In this document: positions 10,801 to 20,318 of the stretch, one piece after another | How the letters are laid out: each line of letters starts with the position of its first letter | Numbering within the stretch: position 1 is the first letter of the stretch | Virus record (IMG/VR): IMGVR_UViG_3300024239_000121 | Coordinates: 7,923 to 71,922 of that record | From: a virus | DNA length: 64,000 nucleotides | Direction: 5' to 3' (one strand) | The notes under the pieces: generated by a model | Told to the model about the DNA's origin: nothing | The model's input: the letters and a program-made list of their open reading frames with translations, nothing else | The model's database searches: none | Position numbers and translations under genes: made by a program

Positions 10801-13800
10801 CAAGCTAGAAGTAGCCCTTGGTGCTCAGGCACTGGCTCTGCTGCTGGATCAAGGCATTGTCGAGCAGACCACCCTCACCAAGGGCGAGCTGGATGATCTC
10901 AAGGGTGTGGACTTCAATGGCCAGATCAAGGCCATGCGTGCAGTCGCCAAGACTCAGGCCGATCGGGATGCTATCACCAAGCTGATCGAGTCTCGCAAGA
11001 ACGAGGTGGCCTTCATTCGCTTCGTGACCAACAAGGATGGCTCCCTGACTCAGGAAGCTCAGGCGATTCGAGATGCCAGCAAGAACACAGGCGGTCTGTT
11101 CACCAAGCTGTTCGGTATCGAGACCGGTCCTCGTGAACCGAGCTTCAAGCCACTTAAGTACAACCAGAAAACGGCGAACAACTCCACCAAGCCGATCTCC
11201 GACAAGGAGCGTGCTGCGTTGGAGAAGGAAGCCAAGGCACCCTACATCCTGCAAAAAGACATGTGGGCCGTACTGGAGAAGATCGCCAACCCGGCGATGA
11301 TTCTGCAGATGGCAGGCGTGCAGGATGAGGCGTTGGAGACCTTGCACAAGACCAACCGTGACGGTGTGATCGCCAAGAACCAGGGCTTGCTGCGCGAATG
11401 GGAACGTCTGGTGGCGTTCGTGGGTGATCTCAGCCGTCAGAAGGCTGGCCAGGACACCAAGTTCTACCTGATGCCGAGTGCCTGGAAGAACGATCGTGTG
11501 GGCCTGGATTCTGCCATCAACCCGCAAACCAGCAAGATCCACCGTTTTGTTGTTGGCAAGCAGAGTGCTGAAACCGTAGTTCGCTGGACTGAAGACGACC
11601 AGACGAATCTGGATGTGTTCAAGCTGCGTGTGGCTGAAGGTCTGGGCGTGAAGACCGACAAGCAGGACAACAAGCGTTCGTTGGCTGCCTACGAAGCCGA
11701 GATGCAGAAGCCGGTGTACCAGGATGCAGTGGCTGCCCTGCGTAAGGCTCTGCTGGATCAGGACCTGACCTCGGGCGAGCAGCAGGCGATCGTAGAAGGC
11801 GTGAAGGCCGGACGTGCGAACTTCCATTCGCTGTCGTCGCTGGTAGCTCAGGCCACCTACGAGAACGCCCGTGAGGCTGGGCAGCAGAAGTTCACCACCA
11901 TGCTGCTGGCCGAAGTGGACGGCGTGACCAATGGCCCGATGCTGAGTCACCTGCTGTTCGGTGCCTTCGGTTCGCTGAAGGATGCGATGACTCGGCTTAA
12001 CAAGGGTGGGTTCTTCGAGATCGGCAACGCTTTCGAGCAATACAACCTGTGGCGCGCAGCACCCGGTCAGAGTGACCTGTACGAGTCGACCGCTATCGAC
12101 CTGAACAAGGTGGTGCAGAAGAAGTGGCAGAACAAGAAGCTGCAGCCCATGTACAGCGCGTTGTTCTACGTCACAGGAAAACTGGACGACAATGGCTCGC
12201 CTACCAGGGCAGGCCGAGAACTGATGAAGCCTCCGGTGACCAAGAGTGGTTACGGCGAAGGTCTGGGCAAGACCGTCGAAACCATGGCTGAGGATTTCAT
12301 TCAGCAGGTCTACGACCACATCCAGGAGATCTCGGCAGGCAAGTCCAAACTGGAGCTGCAACCGCTGCTGTCTTCTGTTCGTCTGCTGATCAGTAAGGCC
12401 GATGAGAAGGCGGCTGCAGAGTTGGACGTGGACATGCCGATCGAGAAGGCGATGGAGTTCACCTTCACTAACCAGCAGTTCAAGGCGTTGAAGGCCACCT
12501 ATCTGAACACGCTTGGTAGCGATATCACCGACACCATCAGTAAAGCCTTTGGCCGATTCACCCAGCGTCGTCAGGTGTTCAATCAGGCTGCCAACCTGGC
12601 GTTCGACCTGTACCAGCAGCTGTACCAGTCCAAGCGTCGTGCCCTGATCGAGCAGCTGATCGCCGAAGGCAAGATGGCCACGGATGCCAAGGGTGTTCCG
12701 CTGCATGACCTGACCAACAAGCAGGAAGCTGAGTTGCAGGCTTCGCTGACTGATGTGGCTCCAATCCTGCACACCGCATTCTCCAGTGCCGGCGATCAAC
12801 TGGAGGCAGGTATGCGTCTGGCCAAGCGAGACAAAGGCCTCAGTAATGAGGCCGCCTACCGCAACGAGGTGAAGTTCGGCAAGAAGGGCAAGAAGCCAAT
12901 GGCTGGTTTGCGCGCCTTCGGCTACAAGATCGGCGAAGTAGGACCAGGTGTGTCCGGTGCCGTGGGTTCGGTTCACTCAACTGATGCGGCGATCTCGATC
13001 AATGCCGGTGCCGAGGTGGATTCGATCAACGTCCACGATGCCCGTATATACGGACTGAAGGATGTACATGCGGGTGCCCGTAGCCTGAACAAGCAGACCT
13101 TCCTGCAGGCGCTGGAATACTCCCCGATGGACCAGATGCTGGCCACCCTGGAGCGTTCGATCAAAGGACTGGCGGATGCACTGGCTCAGGAAAACGATGC
13201 AACCCTGAAGGCAGGCGTGGCTTCGCTGCTGGCCGAGAAAATCGCTTCGCTGAGCGAAAACCAGCGCGAGACACTCAGTCAAAGTGGCAAAGGTCCTATC
13301 GAGTTCCAGCTGGATCAGCTCCGTGCTACCGCACTGGCTGCCGAATCCATGAAGCTGGAGATCCTGGCCAACCTGCAGGCGGTCGACCAGTACGCCTTCG
13401 AAGGTGGTGCCTACCGGGTCACCGAGCAGGATCGTGCAAAGGCCCAGCAAAAGCTGGAGGAGCGTAAGAATCGTCCTGCTGATGAAGCTGCTACTGAAGC
13501 AGCAAAGCGGATTGATGCGACGCTTAACCAGAAGACTGCGCAGGCAAAGCCGGCTCCAGTGGTACAGAGTGAACCTACTCTGGTCGATGATGCCGATCTG
13601 GGTATTCCTGAGCGTCAGGAAGATCCTGTTGTAACCACCAGTGCCTGGGGTGAGTTGGGCAAGTCGCCGATCGAGCATGACAGTGAGCTGGTTCAGTTCT
13701 TCAAGAGCAACCCTCAGCCTTCGCTCAAGGACGTACTGAAGGTCCTGCGTGCGCGTATCGAAGCGACCAGCACCGGACGGACTCAGGAGTTCAACCGCGA

Positions 13801-16800
13801 ACTGTGGAAAGCCCTGGCCAAGCACGTCAATCCGGCGATGAAGATCGTCTATGTCACGCCTGAGATGGCGATCCCGGAAGGTGTGGCCGAGAAGCAGGCA
13901 CAGTCTGCCCGTGGTCTCTACAGCTTCAGCGATTCGATGGACACGCTGTACATCAAGAGTGATGCGTTCCGTCGTTCGGGTGTGACGACCGAGCTGCTGA
14001 TGCACGAGCTGGTTCACTCGGTGGTGGCACGTACCATCGATCTGGCCGAGCAGGGTAAGCCTTTGCCGGATACGGCTGATCTGGTGGCTGAACTGGGTGT
14101 GCTGCTGGAGCGTAGCCGTCAGCATGTGGCCGATAAGCCTGAACTGGCTCAGCGGTACAGCAATGCCCTGGCCAACGTGCAGGAGTTTGTGGCGTGGGGC
14201 ATGACCAACCAGGGTTTCCAGCGTGATGTGCTGAACCAGTTCACCCTGCAGACCAAGACCTCGCGCAACGTGCTGGTCAAGGCCATGGAAGCTCTGACCA
14301 ACGTCCTGCGTGACATTCTGTTCCGTGGTTCGGACAAGTCGGCACAGAAGATCCAGGTCACTGGCTTGAAGACGCTGCTGGCCAACGTCTCCGGTCTGAT
14401 GGCGACTGCTGAGCAGGCGCGTGAAACCGTGGGTACTCAACGCACTCTGGCCATGGAAGATCCGGTTCTGGATATGGACGTGGCTGATCTGTTCGATGGC
14501 CTGCGTAACCCCGAGCAGCCACTGGATGTTGGCTTCGAGAGCCACCTGCGTGAGCTGCTGGATAATGTGGTACGTCCGCTGCATGGTCCGTTTGGTGCTG
14601 TGCGTCTGGAAGCCCTGGACGATCAGGCGATCGGTGCCCGTGAGCGTTTCCTCAAGGCCCTGGCGACTGGCAAGGCGCCTTTCGCTGCCAAGCTCAGCGA
14701 GGTGGTGAAGCTGTCCGATCAGGAAGCGTTCCTGGCCGAGAGCATTGAAGTCGCCCTGCGTACTGCCCTGGAGTCGAAGGATCGTTCGTCCTCGCTGGTC
14801 TACCGCGAGCTGAAGGGTCTGTACAACGAGGTCAAGGCCTCGCTGCCGGTATCGGCATTCTTCGATGGCGACTGGACCCAGGCCAACGATGAACAGAAGG
14901 CAGAGGCCCAATCCCTACGTGAGTTCTTCCTGGAGATCCCGGACGGGGAAGGGCAGTCCGACTACCTGAGCCGCTTCGCTGCTCTGGGTCTGGCCTACCG
15001 TCCGCTGTGGAAGCTGCTGGATCGATCCACTCAGCAAGACACTCGTGTCCTGCGTGATCTGACCTGGATGCAGCGTCTGCAGGCTCTGGTCGAGCGTGCC
15101 ATGGCCTATCTGGCCGGCAAGTGGACGCACACCTATGCCGGTCAGCAGGCCAACGACAAGCTCAAGACCCTGGTCGGTGAGCTGGTGGATATCGAAGCCA
15201 AGTACCGGGAGAAGGCTGCACGTCCGAACAACCAGTGGATCGAGATGGCCGAGAACGCTCTGGCCGGTGTCCAGGGCAAGGCCAAGGACATGATCGACCA
15301 GGTGGCCAAGTCGGACATGGTGCGCAACTCGAAGATCAGCGGTGTACGTCTGATGGGCCGGGTGGCCAGCCTGGCTGCTGATGACCGTCTGGAAGCCGTG
15401 ATCGATGCAGGTAACCAGCTGCGTGACCGTCTGTTCAAGGGTCGTCAGGGTCTGATAGCCGGCACATTCAACGAGATGAAAGGCCCGAACGAGATCATGC
15501 TGGCCCTGCTCAACTTCGCCAAGCGCAACGAGCAGGAACGAAAGCACCTGATCAACTGGACCCGTGATACAGCCCTGGGGAGCTTTGCCAACAAAGGTAA
15601 GCACCTGACTGCCAAGGATAAGGACGCCTTGGCTCTGCTGCTGCGTGCTGATCTGGCTTCGCTGCTGGATTACGGCTACTCGCTGGAGGAGATACAAAGC
15701 CTGCTAAGTCCCAATGGCAGCCTGCAGCAGCGGATTGGTGATCTGAGAAAGCAGCTAATGTCCTCGACTCATGCAGCAATGTACCTGCGTCGCGCCGAGG
15801 CATTAGGTGCCTACATGGTTACAGGAAAGGCTCGGATCAAAGGCTTGATGAAAAATGCGGACAACATCGCTCGCATGTTGGGCACCAAACATGCACATAG
15901 CATCCCGGATGCTGAGCTGGAACGAGTACGTCCCCTTATCGATCAACTGGCTTCTCTGTACGCATTGGAATACGCCAACCAATCCGACAAGGACCGGATT
16001 GCCAATGTGCTGGCGACCGAGCTGCAGCGTACCGATGGTGGTAACGGGGTGACTTTCGTGCTGAAGATGCACCGTGCCATGCAGCAGGAAGCCAAGGAAA
16101 AGCTGTTCGAGAATAGTGAGGCCGTGTTCACCAAGGGCTACACACCGGAGATCCACAACCCGCACATCGAGGTACTGGCTGCCACCGAGGAAGAGGGCGC
16201 AGCATTGGAACGCCAAGGCTTCCAGCGTGTAGCAGGTAATCCGTTGAATCAGGATATCGATGATTTAGACAAGCGAGCCAAATACCTCTATGTCCTCAAG
16301 GGCCGTGGTATGCAGCAGCGTCTGACCGGTGCCCTGTCCTACACAGGTGAGCGCGCCAAGGGTAGTCGCAAGCATAGCGGGATAGTCAACACGATCACTG
16401 GCAGTATCAACACTCATAATCAACAGGTGACTCAGCGGATTGCCCGTGCCGCCTCGATTCGAGAAGAGCGGGCAATTCAACAGAGGATGGGGCTTGGAGG
16501 AAGCAACAACTTAATTCCAATCTTAAATGCTGCTGGAGATATCGTTGGGCACCGGTATGAGATGAGCAACAAGGTACGGGATTCCCTGCTGGAGCGAACC
16601 AATGCGTTCGACACTCTGCTGGGTACGCTGCACGGCAACGTGTTCGATAAGCAGGCGTCCCGTGAGCAGAACGCCCAGGTGGTCCAGGCCTTGTTCGATC
16701 AGTGGAATGCCGACAAGGACAGTCGTCGTGACGCCTACATCATGGTGGGTCCGGACAGCAGCGATGACGAAGGTGTAGAGACCTGGCGTCTACTACCGCA

Positions 16801-17962
16801 CCACACCCAGGAAGTGATTCGTCAGGTGTGGAAGGGCAACAACATGATGGTGCGCAACGATCAGATCGACCTGATCGCTGGTTACCGCAAGTACAGCCTG
16901 GCCGACATGTTCGACAAGGATGAGCGTACGACCAAGGGCTGGAAGAACCTGCTCAAGCATCAGGAAGATGAACGCAACATGCTGGAACAGATGTTCGTCT
17001 GGTTCACCGAAGACTTCTTACGGCTGGATAAGAAAGCTGCATTGCGTGTTCGCCAGGCAGAGGATTTCTGGCAGGCGGTAGTACAGGAGGTAAAGGACAT
17101 TATAGTGGTGCGTACTGGCCTGGTTCTGTTATGGAACATGATCAGCAACATGACTGTACTTCTGTGGCAGGGTGTTCCGATCAAGGATCTGATGCGGAAT
17201 CACTGGGTAGCATGGCGTGGGGCAGTCAACTATCGGAAGGATTCCGAAGAGCTGTTCCGTCTGGAAGCAGCACTGTCGACTGGCACGTCTGGGGATGCGA
17301 AGGCTACACAGCAGCGTATTCGCCAATTGCAGGATTCTCTGGCACGTAACCCGGCCAAGGAACTGATTGATGCGGGGATGTTGCCGACCATCGTCGAAGA
17401 CGTGGCCTTGGAGGAAGACCCTTACTCCTATCGCAGCAAGCTGAAGGAGAAGGTGGATCAGTACACCAGCAAGCTCAACCCCACGGTCAAGCAAGCGGCT
17501 GCGTTCGTTTACATGGCTCCGGGTACTCCGTTGCACACGGCGATGAGCCAGGCCACTCAGTACTCGGACTTTGTGGCTCGCTACACGCTGTATCAGCACC
17601 TGATCAACAACAAGAAGGCGCCGAAATCCAAGCAGGAAGCCTTGAAGCGGATCTCCGACAGCTTCGTCAACTACGACGTGCCGTCGCACCGCCACATGCA
17701 GTACCTGAACGACATGGGCTTGCTCATGTTCACCAAGTACTACCTGCGGATTCAGAAGGTGATCATGCAGATGTTCCGGGAGCATCCGGCTCGGGCGATC
17801 ATGATGGTGACCCTGGATAGCTACCTGCAGGGCATGCAGACCATCGTCGACTCCTCGATGTGGGGCCGACTGGGTAATCCGCTGGAGTGGGGTGCCTTGC
17901 AGTACCCTGGCACGCTGGATGAACTGGCCACCATCAAGGGAATGATGAGCCTGATCAAGTGA
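7850..17962 (+). CDS. Virion-encapsidated RNA polymerase (N4 gp50-like)
   Basis: 3370 aa with no Cys seen. Motif A EVDGVTNG, motif B RELMKPPVTKSGYG, motif C NVHDA, and a downstream HELVH zincin-like motif. Confidence 0.97.
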   Translation: MPNFDLDTYFANREARTLGVATPEGVTDLNAKQAQVASASAKKVQVLQELVERRENNERDTVVGWLGLDPNSTGGNVVNTAVSSLSAIEDIAGTVAPEAVREAIDMDSLIATQHAGTKPSSVQRRLIGDGAVSGLKSAIAVPEMAVGLADLVSSGHAGKALEEAGFRPEEAKQFLDTLKTHEQQAASGSVEDAQGFWGTLAEIAENPSFIPHAVTESLFPMLAGGVVGRGLQALGMGVKAASAIGEGAVMAGSAAEGIRQQTEDGLLTPKQAAAAGLTGVMGAGVARLGNAVGGRTGLRDIDEAVTAGTLGTSQRNALARGAGGAVIEGAEETLQSAGEQMLQNVALDRELTEGVGNAAAMGLVTGAAMGSVMTGSAREANEEEVEQASETGNVSSLLQPGAYAPEKAAKALATHSLKNEDPQVRQDNLAKLGEIRSALEDEAKAEAMVERIQQRMESAPQEQQPQLEALLAQATESLTTIRAALGLQDVPAAERKEALAKQLDQVKQAEASITQLMEPEKQDLSSQIELADTVLENVTPEVQQTARKAAERVVSLAMESPEALDVEVANRLASNMANSLTEPERVVLRTFAKAKALAHQVKGLEGVNSDIFNGNKKEGYKGLNEYSSNVRRALAYKTPDLEAAQHEIDGLAKFVESRKAKLAVAQKAFDEVAGSANTQQWVRDRSGTWMPADRQYSYDEMYAMGGMTIHGGSGNLVANIAQETEALEAGLQSLQALYDMKSAAPVQTTVNQPEAAAPQAIEPVEQKAPVETPEQEAGIAEDAPEAVKYRKTNNLKRLFSQQPGNPTTGTQRPLVATENFLTKLSQGEVNTLDYVQQEDLSEEQLGLPSAFIRMAKAWMPTIEDNFFKRTTQASHKTDARDHYYNDYTQYLQDEQGQVDENVKTAIAAAAFAHVADNGGQTLNDNTTINKTLGKDKDASITPAANQKLRRIGTLRGALINSLGQAVVQSLGYQLKDDAPQSEKAKLEVALGAQALALLLDQGIVEQTTLTKGELDDLKGVDFNGQIKAMRAVAKTQADRDAITKLIESRKNEVAFIRFVTNKDGSLTQEAQAIRDASKNTGGLFTKLFGIETGPREPSFKPLKYNQKTANNSTKPISDKERAALEKEAKAPYILQKDMWAVLEKIANPAMILQMAGVQDEALETLHKTNRDGVIAKNQGLLREWERLVAFVGDLSRQKAGQDTKFYLMPSAWKNDRVGLDSAINPQTSKIHRFVVGKQSAETVVRWTEDDQTNLDVFKLRVAEGLGVKTDKQDNKRSLAAYEAEMQKPVYQDAVAALRKALLDQDLTSGEQQAIVEGVKAGRANFHSLSSLVAQATYENAREAGQQKFTTMLLAEVDGVTNGPMLSHLLFGAFGSLKDAMTRLNKGGFFEIGNAFEQYNLWRAAPGQSDLYESTAIDLNKVVQKKWQNKKLQPMYSALFYVTGKLDDNGSPTRAGRELMKPPVTKSGYGEGLGKTVETMAEDFIQQVYDHIQEISAGKSKLELQPLLSSVRLLISKADEKAAAELDVDMPIEKAMEFTFTNQQFKALKATYLNTLGSDITDTISKAFGRFTQRRQVFNQAANLAFDLYQQLYQSKRRALIEQLIAEGKMATDAKGVPLHDLTNKQEAELQASLTDVAPILHTAFSSAGDQLEAGMRLAKRDKGLSNEAAYRNEVKFGKKGKKPMAGLRAFGYKIGEVGPGVSGAVGSVHSTDAAISINAGAEVDSINVHDARIYGLKDVHAGARSLNKQTFLQALEYSPMDQMLATLERSIKGLADALAQENDATLKAGVASLLAEKIASLSENQRETLSQSGKGPIEFQLDQLRATALAAESMKLEILANLQAVDQYAFEGGAYRVTEQDRAKAQQKLEERKNRPADEAATEAAKRIDATLNQKTAQAKPAPVVQSEPTLVDDADLGIPERQEDPVVTTSAWGELGKSPIEHDSELVQFFKSNPQPSLKDVLKVLRARIEATSTGRTQEFNRELWKALAKHVNPAMKIVYVTPEMAIPEGVAEKQAQSARGLYSFSDSMDTLYIKSDAFRRSGVTTELLMHELVHSVVARTIDLAEQGKPLPDTADLVAELGVLLERSRQHVADKPELAQRYSNALANVQEFVAWGMTNQGFQRDVLNQFTLQTKTSRNVLVKAMEALTNVLRDILFRGSDKSAQKIQVTGLKTLLANVSGLMATAEQARETVGTQRTLAMEDPVLDMDVADLFDGLRNPEQPLDVGFESHLRELLDNVVRPLHGPFGAVRLEALDDQAIGARERFLKALATGKAPFAAKLSEVVKLSDQEAFLAESIEVALRTALESKDRSSSLVYRELKGLYNEVKASLPVSAFFDGDWTQANDEQKAEAQSLREFFLEIPDGEGQSDYLSRFAALGLAYRPLWKLLDRSTQQDTRVLRDLTWMQRLQALVERAMAYLAGKWTHTYAGQQANDKLKTLVGELVDIEAKYREKAARPNNQWIEMAENALAGVQGKAKDMIDQVAKSDMVRNSKISGVRLMGRVASLAADDRLEAVIDAGNQLRDRLFKGRQGLIAGTFNEMKGPNEIMLALLNFAKRNEQERKHLINWTRDTALGSFANKGKHLTAKDKDALALLLRADLASLLDYGYSLEEIQSLLSPNGSLQQRIGDLRKQLMSSTHAAMYLRRAEALGAYMVTGKARIKGLMKNADNIARMLGTKHAHSIPDAELERVRPLIDQLASLYALEYANQSDKDRIANVLATELQRTDGGNGVTFVLKMHRAMQQEAKEKLFENSEAVFTKGYTPEIHNPHIEVLAATEEEGAALERQGFQRVAGNPLNQDIDDLDKRAKYLYVLKGRGMQQRLTGALSYTGERAKGSRKHSGIVNTITGSINTHNQQVTQRIARAASIREERAIQQRMGLGGSNNLIPILNAAGDIVGHRYEMSNKVRDSLLERTNAFDTLLGTLHGNVFDKQASREQNAQVVQALFDQWNADKDSRRDAYIMVGPDSSDDEGVETWRLLPHHTQEVIRQVWKGNNMMVRNDQIDLIAGYRKYSLADMFDKDERTTKGWKNLLKHQEDERNMLEQMFVWFTEDFLRLDKKAALRVRQAEDFWQAVVQEVKDIIVVRTGLVLLWNMISNMTVLLWQGVPIKDLMRNHWVAWRGAVNYRKDSEELFRLEAALSTGTSGDAKATQQRIRQLQDSLARNPAKELIDAGMLPTIVEDVALEEDPYSYRSKLKEKVDQYTSKLNPTVKQAAAFVYMAPGTPLHTAMSQATQYSDFVARYTLYQHLINNKKAPKSKQEALKRISDSFVNYDVPSHRHMQYLNDMGLLMFTKYYLRIQKVIMQMFREHPARAIMMVTLDSYLQGMQTIVDSSMWGRLGNPLEWGALQYPGTLDELATIKGMMSLIK

Positions 17963-17964
17963 TG

Positions 17965-17991
17965 AAAAAGCCCTCTTCGGAGGGCTTCCTT
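17965..17991. terminator. Terminator between convergent transcription units (stronger on - strand)
   Basis: AAAAA-GCCCTC-TTCG-GAGGGC-TTCCTT. Confidence 0.85.
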
Positions 17992-17996
17992 CTGTA

Positions 17997-18196
17997 TGGG
18001 GGAATGTTCTGTTGCGGAGTACCTTACCGCCAAGCGTCTTTTGCTAACTCTGATACCGAGCGCAGGGGCATGACACAGAACACTCCCTGATAGAGAAGGG
18101 TGCCGGTCTTTCCCGGCTGTCATCTCGTCTGTAGCTTAACGTCCAACTGACACGAGCTTTCCGGACGGGTGTGACGACTTGCGTGAACGCCACACC
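17997..18196 (-). ncRNA. Candidate structured RNA locus
   Basis: 13-bp stem (18087-18075 with 18012-18000) ending in CCA; GCCGG-GAAAGA-CCGGC hairpin; 9-bp stem at 18168-18196. G-U pairs form only on the - strand. Confidence 0.5.
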
Positions 18197-18211
18197 AGCT
18201 CAGCGGAAGCG

Positions 18212-18412
18212 TTACCGCTTCCGACTGGGCTTTTTACTGGATTGGGTCATGTATGTGAAGGTCTCGTGCAACAACACGATCACGACCAACACAACGATCC
18301 CGACAACCGTCAGGATCGCCATCATCCAACCCAGGACCACACTGCCCACATAACAACCCCCAACGAGGATGACTGCGAGCAGTACCAGGAGCATCCCCTT
18401 GAGGGCTTTCAT
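18212..18412 (-). CDS. Small two-TM membrane protein
   Basis: 66 aa with two hydrophobic stretches and a basic C-terminus. Confidence 0.7.
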   Translation of the reverse strand: MKALKGMLLVLLAVILVGGCYVGSVVLGWMMAILTVVGIVVLVVIVLLHETFTYMTQSSKKPSRKR

Positions 18413-18423
18413 GGGAAGCTACC

Positions 18424-18792
18424 TTAGCCTCCGAAGAGGCTGGCCTTCTGAACGACAGGCTCTTCTTCTTCCTGAGGATCAGGCAGAACGTCTTCGGCAG
18501 CAGGCGAAGTTTCGACGACATGCAGCTGGGGAGCTGCGGTTGCTTCCTCTACGGCACCGACGCTGCCAGAGGTGGAAGCCTGGGTTTCGTAGACCGGACT
18601 GCACTGAGCAGCACCAGCACAGCCCATCACGGCAGCAGCATCGTGAATGTCCAGGTCAGCGGTCATGCCGCTGTCGCCACGACCGGCAGTGAACGAAATG
18701 TCCACGGTCTTGCGATCGAGGTTGAAGCCTTGCTTGACGATGAAGTCGCGCAGCGCTTCTTCGATCTCGGATTGTTTCAGTTTGATCAGCAT
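18424..18792 (-). CDS. Conserved N4-like hypothetical protein
   Basis: Starts MLIKLKQSEIEEAL with GAGGA RBS; FTAGRG motif; acidic tail. Confidence 0.75.
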   Translation of the reverse strand: MLIKLKQSEIEEALRDFIVKQGFNLDRKTVDISFTAGRGDSGMTADLDIHDAAAVMGCAGAAQCSPVYETQASTSGSVGAVEEATAAPQLHVVETSPAAEDVLPDPQEEEEPVVQKASLFGG

Positions 18793-18803
18793 ATTGAGTC
18801 CTC

Positions 18804-19379
18804 TCATGCTGCACGCAGGAACGGCAGCGTCTGTTGGAATTGGTTGCTGGCCAGGCCAGCATGTATTGCGGCTACTGCATCGGCCATGTGCTCAGCTTTG
18901 GCTTCGCTGATCACGTCCTGTCCGTGCTGCTTGTAGGTGGGCCACTTGGCCTCGGGGTGGCGGTTGTACGCCCACTGGATCATCTCGCTCTTGGTGGCCG
19001 TCTTCTTGCCCACGGAGATCATCTTCACCTCGGTCGGGGTGACCTCGAAGAAGGGAATCCCGCTGGCTCGAAGGGCACCCAGTACGCCCACGCAGATGCC
19101 GTAGGAGGCCATTGCGCGTGCAGACTGGCTACCGATCGGCACCTCGACGAAGATCGCGTGAGCGCCCTGAGCCGCAGCCAGAGCCTGGGTACAGAGCTGA
19201 CGGGCAGACTCCAGATCCAGGCTGTTCTGGCGAACCTGCTTGCCGGTGGGGAGTACCGGCTGGATCACGTCCAGGTGATTGATTTCCAGACTGCCGGGAA
19301 TCTCAGCTGTCATCACTCCCTTGGCGATGCCCCAGTTGCGCAGGCTCGGATCAAACCCGACAACGTGGAGCAGGCTCAT
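18804..19379 (-). CDS. RuvC-like Holliday junction resolvase
   Basis: VVGFDPSLRNWG, FVEVP and EHMADA acidic catalytic pattern. Confidence 0.85.
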   Translation of the reverse strand: MSLLHVVGFDPSLRNWGIAKGVMTAEIPGSLEINHLDVIQPVLPTGKQVRQNSLDLESARQLCTQALAAAQGAHAIFVEVPIGSQSARAMASYGICVGVLGALRASGIPFFEVTPTEVKMISVGKKTATKSEMIQWAYNRHPEAKWPTYKQHGQDVISEAKAEHMADAVAAIHAGLASNQFQQTLPFLRAA

Positions 19380-19564
19380 GGATTGGCATCCGTACCGAAC
19401 CAGGCCGTTACCAGTGCTGCTGGGGGGATGATCCCCGCACCGTGGATTGCTTCGCAGCGATAGGAAGCCTCGAAGTCACAATCAGTGAGCTTCACGAGAT
19501 TGACGACCCAAGCGGTTCCGATAACAAGGAGAATGCACAGCTGGACGATGAAAAACGCTCTCAT
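19376..19564 (-). CDS. Small membrane protein
   Basis: Hydrophobic N-terminus; coupled to both neighbours by ATGA overlaps. Confidence 0.65.
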   Translation of the reverse strand: MRAFFIVQLCILLVIGTAWVVNLVKLTDCDFEASYRCEAIHGAGIIPPAALVTAWFGTDANP

Positions 19565-19959
19565 ACGTTTCCTCCTGCTTGTACCAGCCGGCTTTTCAGC
19601 TCGTAGCCCATCAGCGGCCAGATCTTGTCCACGGCATTGCGGCGAGCGATCTTCTGACCCACTTCAGCATCGAAGTTCTCCGGGCTGGCACAGGCCGACT
19701 CACCGGTGACGGTGAAGCCGTTCTTGAGAACCAGTACACAGAAAGTCAGCAGATGCAGTGCTTGCTGCTCTTGGCTTTCAAAGACAGGGACATACTTACC
19801 CTCCTTACGCATAAAACCAATACGGGTATCAACTCCGTACACACCCTTCGCTGCCGTGAAATAGTGCTCGCTGTGGATATTGGCTTCGATATCGGCCGGC
19901 GTGATGCGCGGTGCGGTCAGCCCCTTGTCCCGGATCTCCTGTTCGATGGGATCAACCAT
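19561..19959 (-). CDS. N4 gp49 / Sf6 gp66 family protein
   Basis: APRITPADIEA, LTFCVLVLKNGFTVTGESACASPENFD and LMGYELK motifs. Confidence 0.9.
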   Translation of the reverse strand: MVDPIEQEIRDKGLTAPRITPADIEANIHSEHYFTAAKGVYGVDTRIGFMRKEGKYVPVFESQEQQALHLLTFCVLVLKNGFTVTGESACASPENFDAEVGQKIARRNAVDKIWPLMGYELKSRLVQAGGNV

Positions 19960-20251
19960 TGGCTTCCTCCTGCTGGACTACACCTTCAGCCGGAGCCTGG
20001 GCTTCTTCTACCGGGGTAGCTGTGAAGGGCAGATCAGCGAACAGCGCCTTGGCCACGATCAGACCGGCCTTGAAGCCTTCACGCTGCTCGGCAGTCATCG
20101 GCACGTCTTCGCCGTTCTCACCTGGCTGACAGATCTCCACATCGTCAGGCACCTGCATCATCTGCTGCAGCTGTGCCAACTTGTTGGAGTGCCACATGGT
20201 GATCAGGGCTGCGAACTGATCGGCGGTTTTGATCTCGATGGTTTCGCTCAT
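19952..20251 (-). CDS. Conserved phage hypothetical protein
   Basis: Starts MSETIEIKTADQF with GAGG RBS, within the longer track ORF. Confidence 0.75.
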   Translation of the reverse strand: MSETIEIKTADQFAALITMWHSNKLAQLQQMMQVPDDVEICQPGENGEDVPMTAEQREGFKAGLIVAKALFADLPFTATPVEEAQAPAEGVVQQEEANG

Positions 20252-20268
20252 GTACACCTCTTGAGCAG

Positions 20269-20297
20269 AAATGAAAAGGGCCAGTTGCCTGGCCCTT
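20269..20297 (-). terminator. Terminator after SSB
   Basis: AAGGGCCAG/CTGGCCCTT stem; - strand tail TTTTCATTT. Confidence 0.75.
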
Positions 20298-20318
20298 GGG
20301 GGTGTTGCGAGAGGGGTG

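Noticed and set aside
13990-14025. HELVH metalloprotease motif in vRNAP as a novelty
   Set aside because: A zincin-like domain in N4-type vRNAPs is already recognised.
10805-14911. Very long - strand ORFs (723 and 644 aa) antisense to vRNAP
   Set aside because: Shadow ORFs: the sense gene rarely uses TTA/CTA/TCA, so antisense stops are scarce. They have no motifs or RBS.
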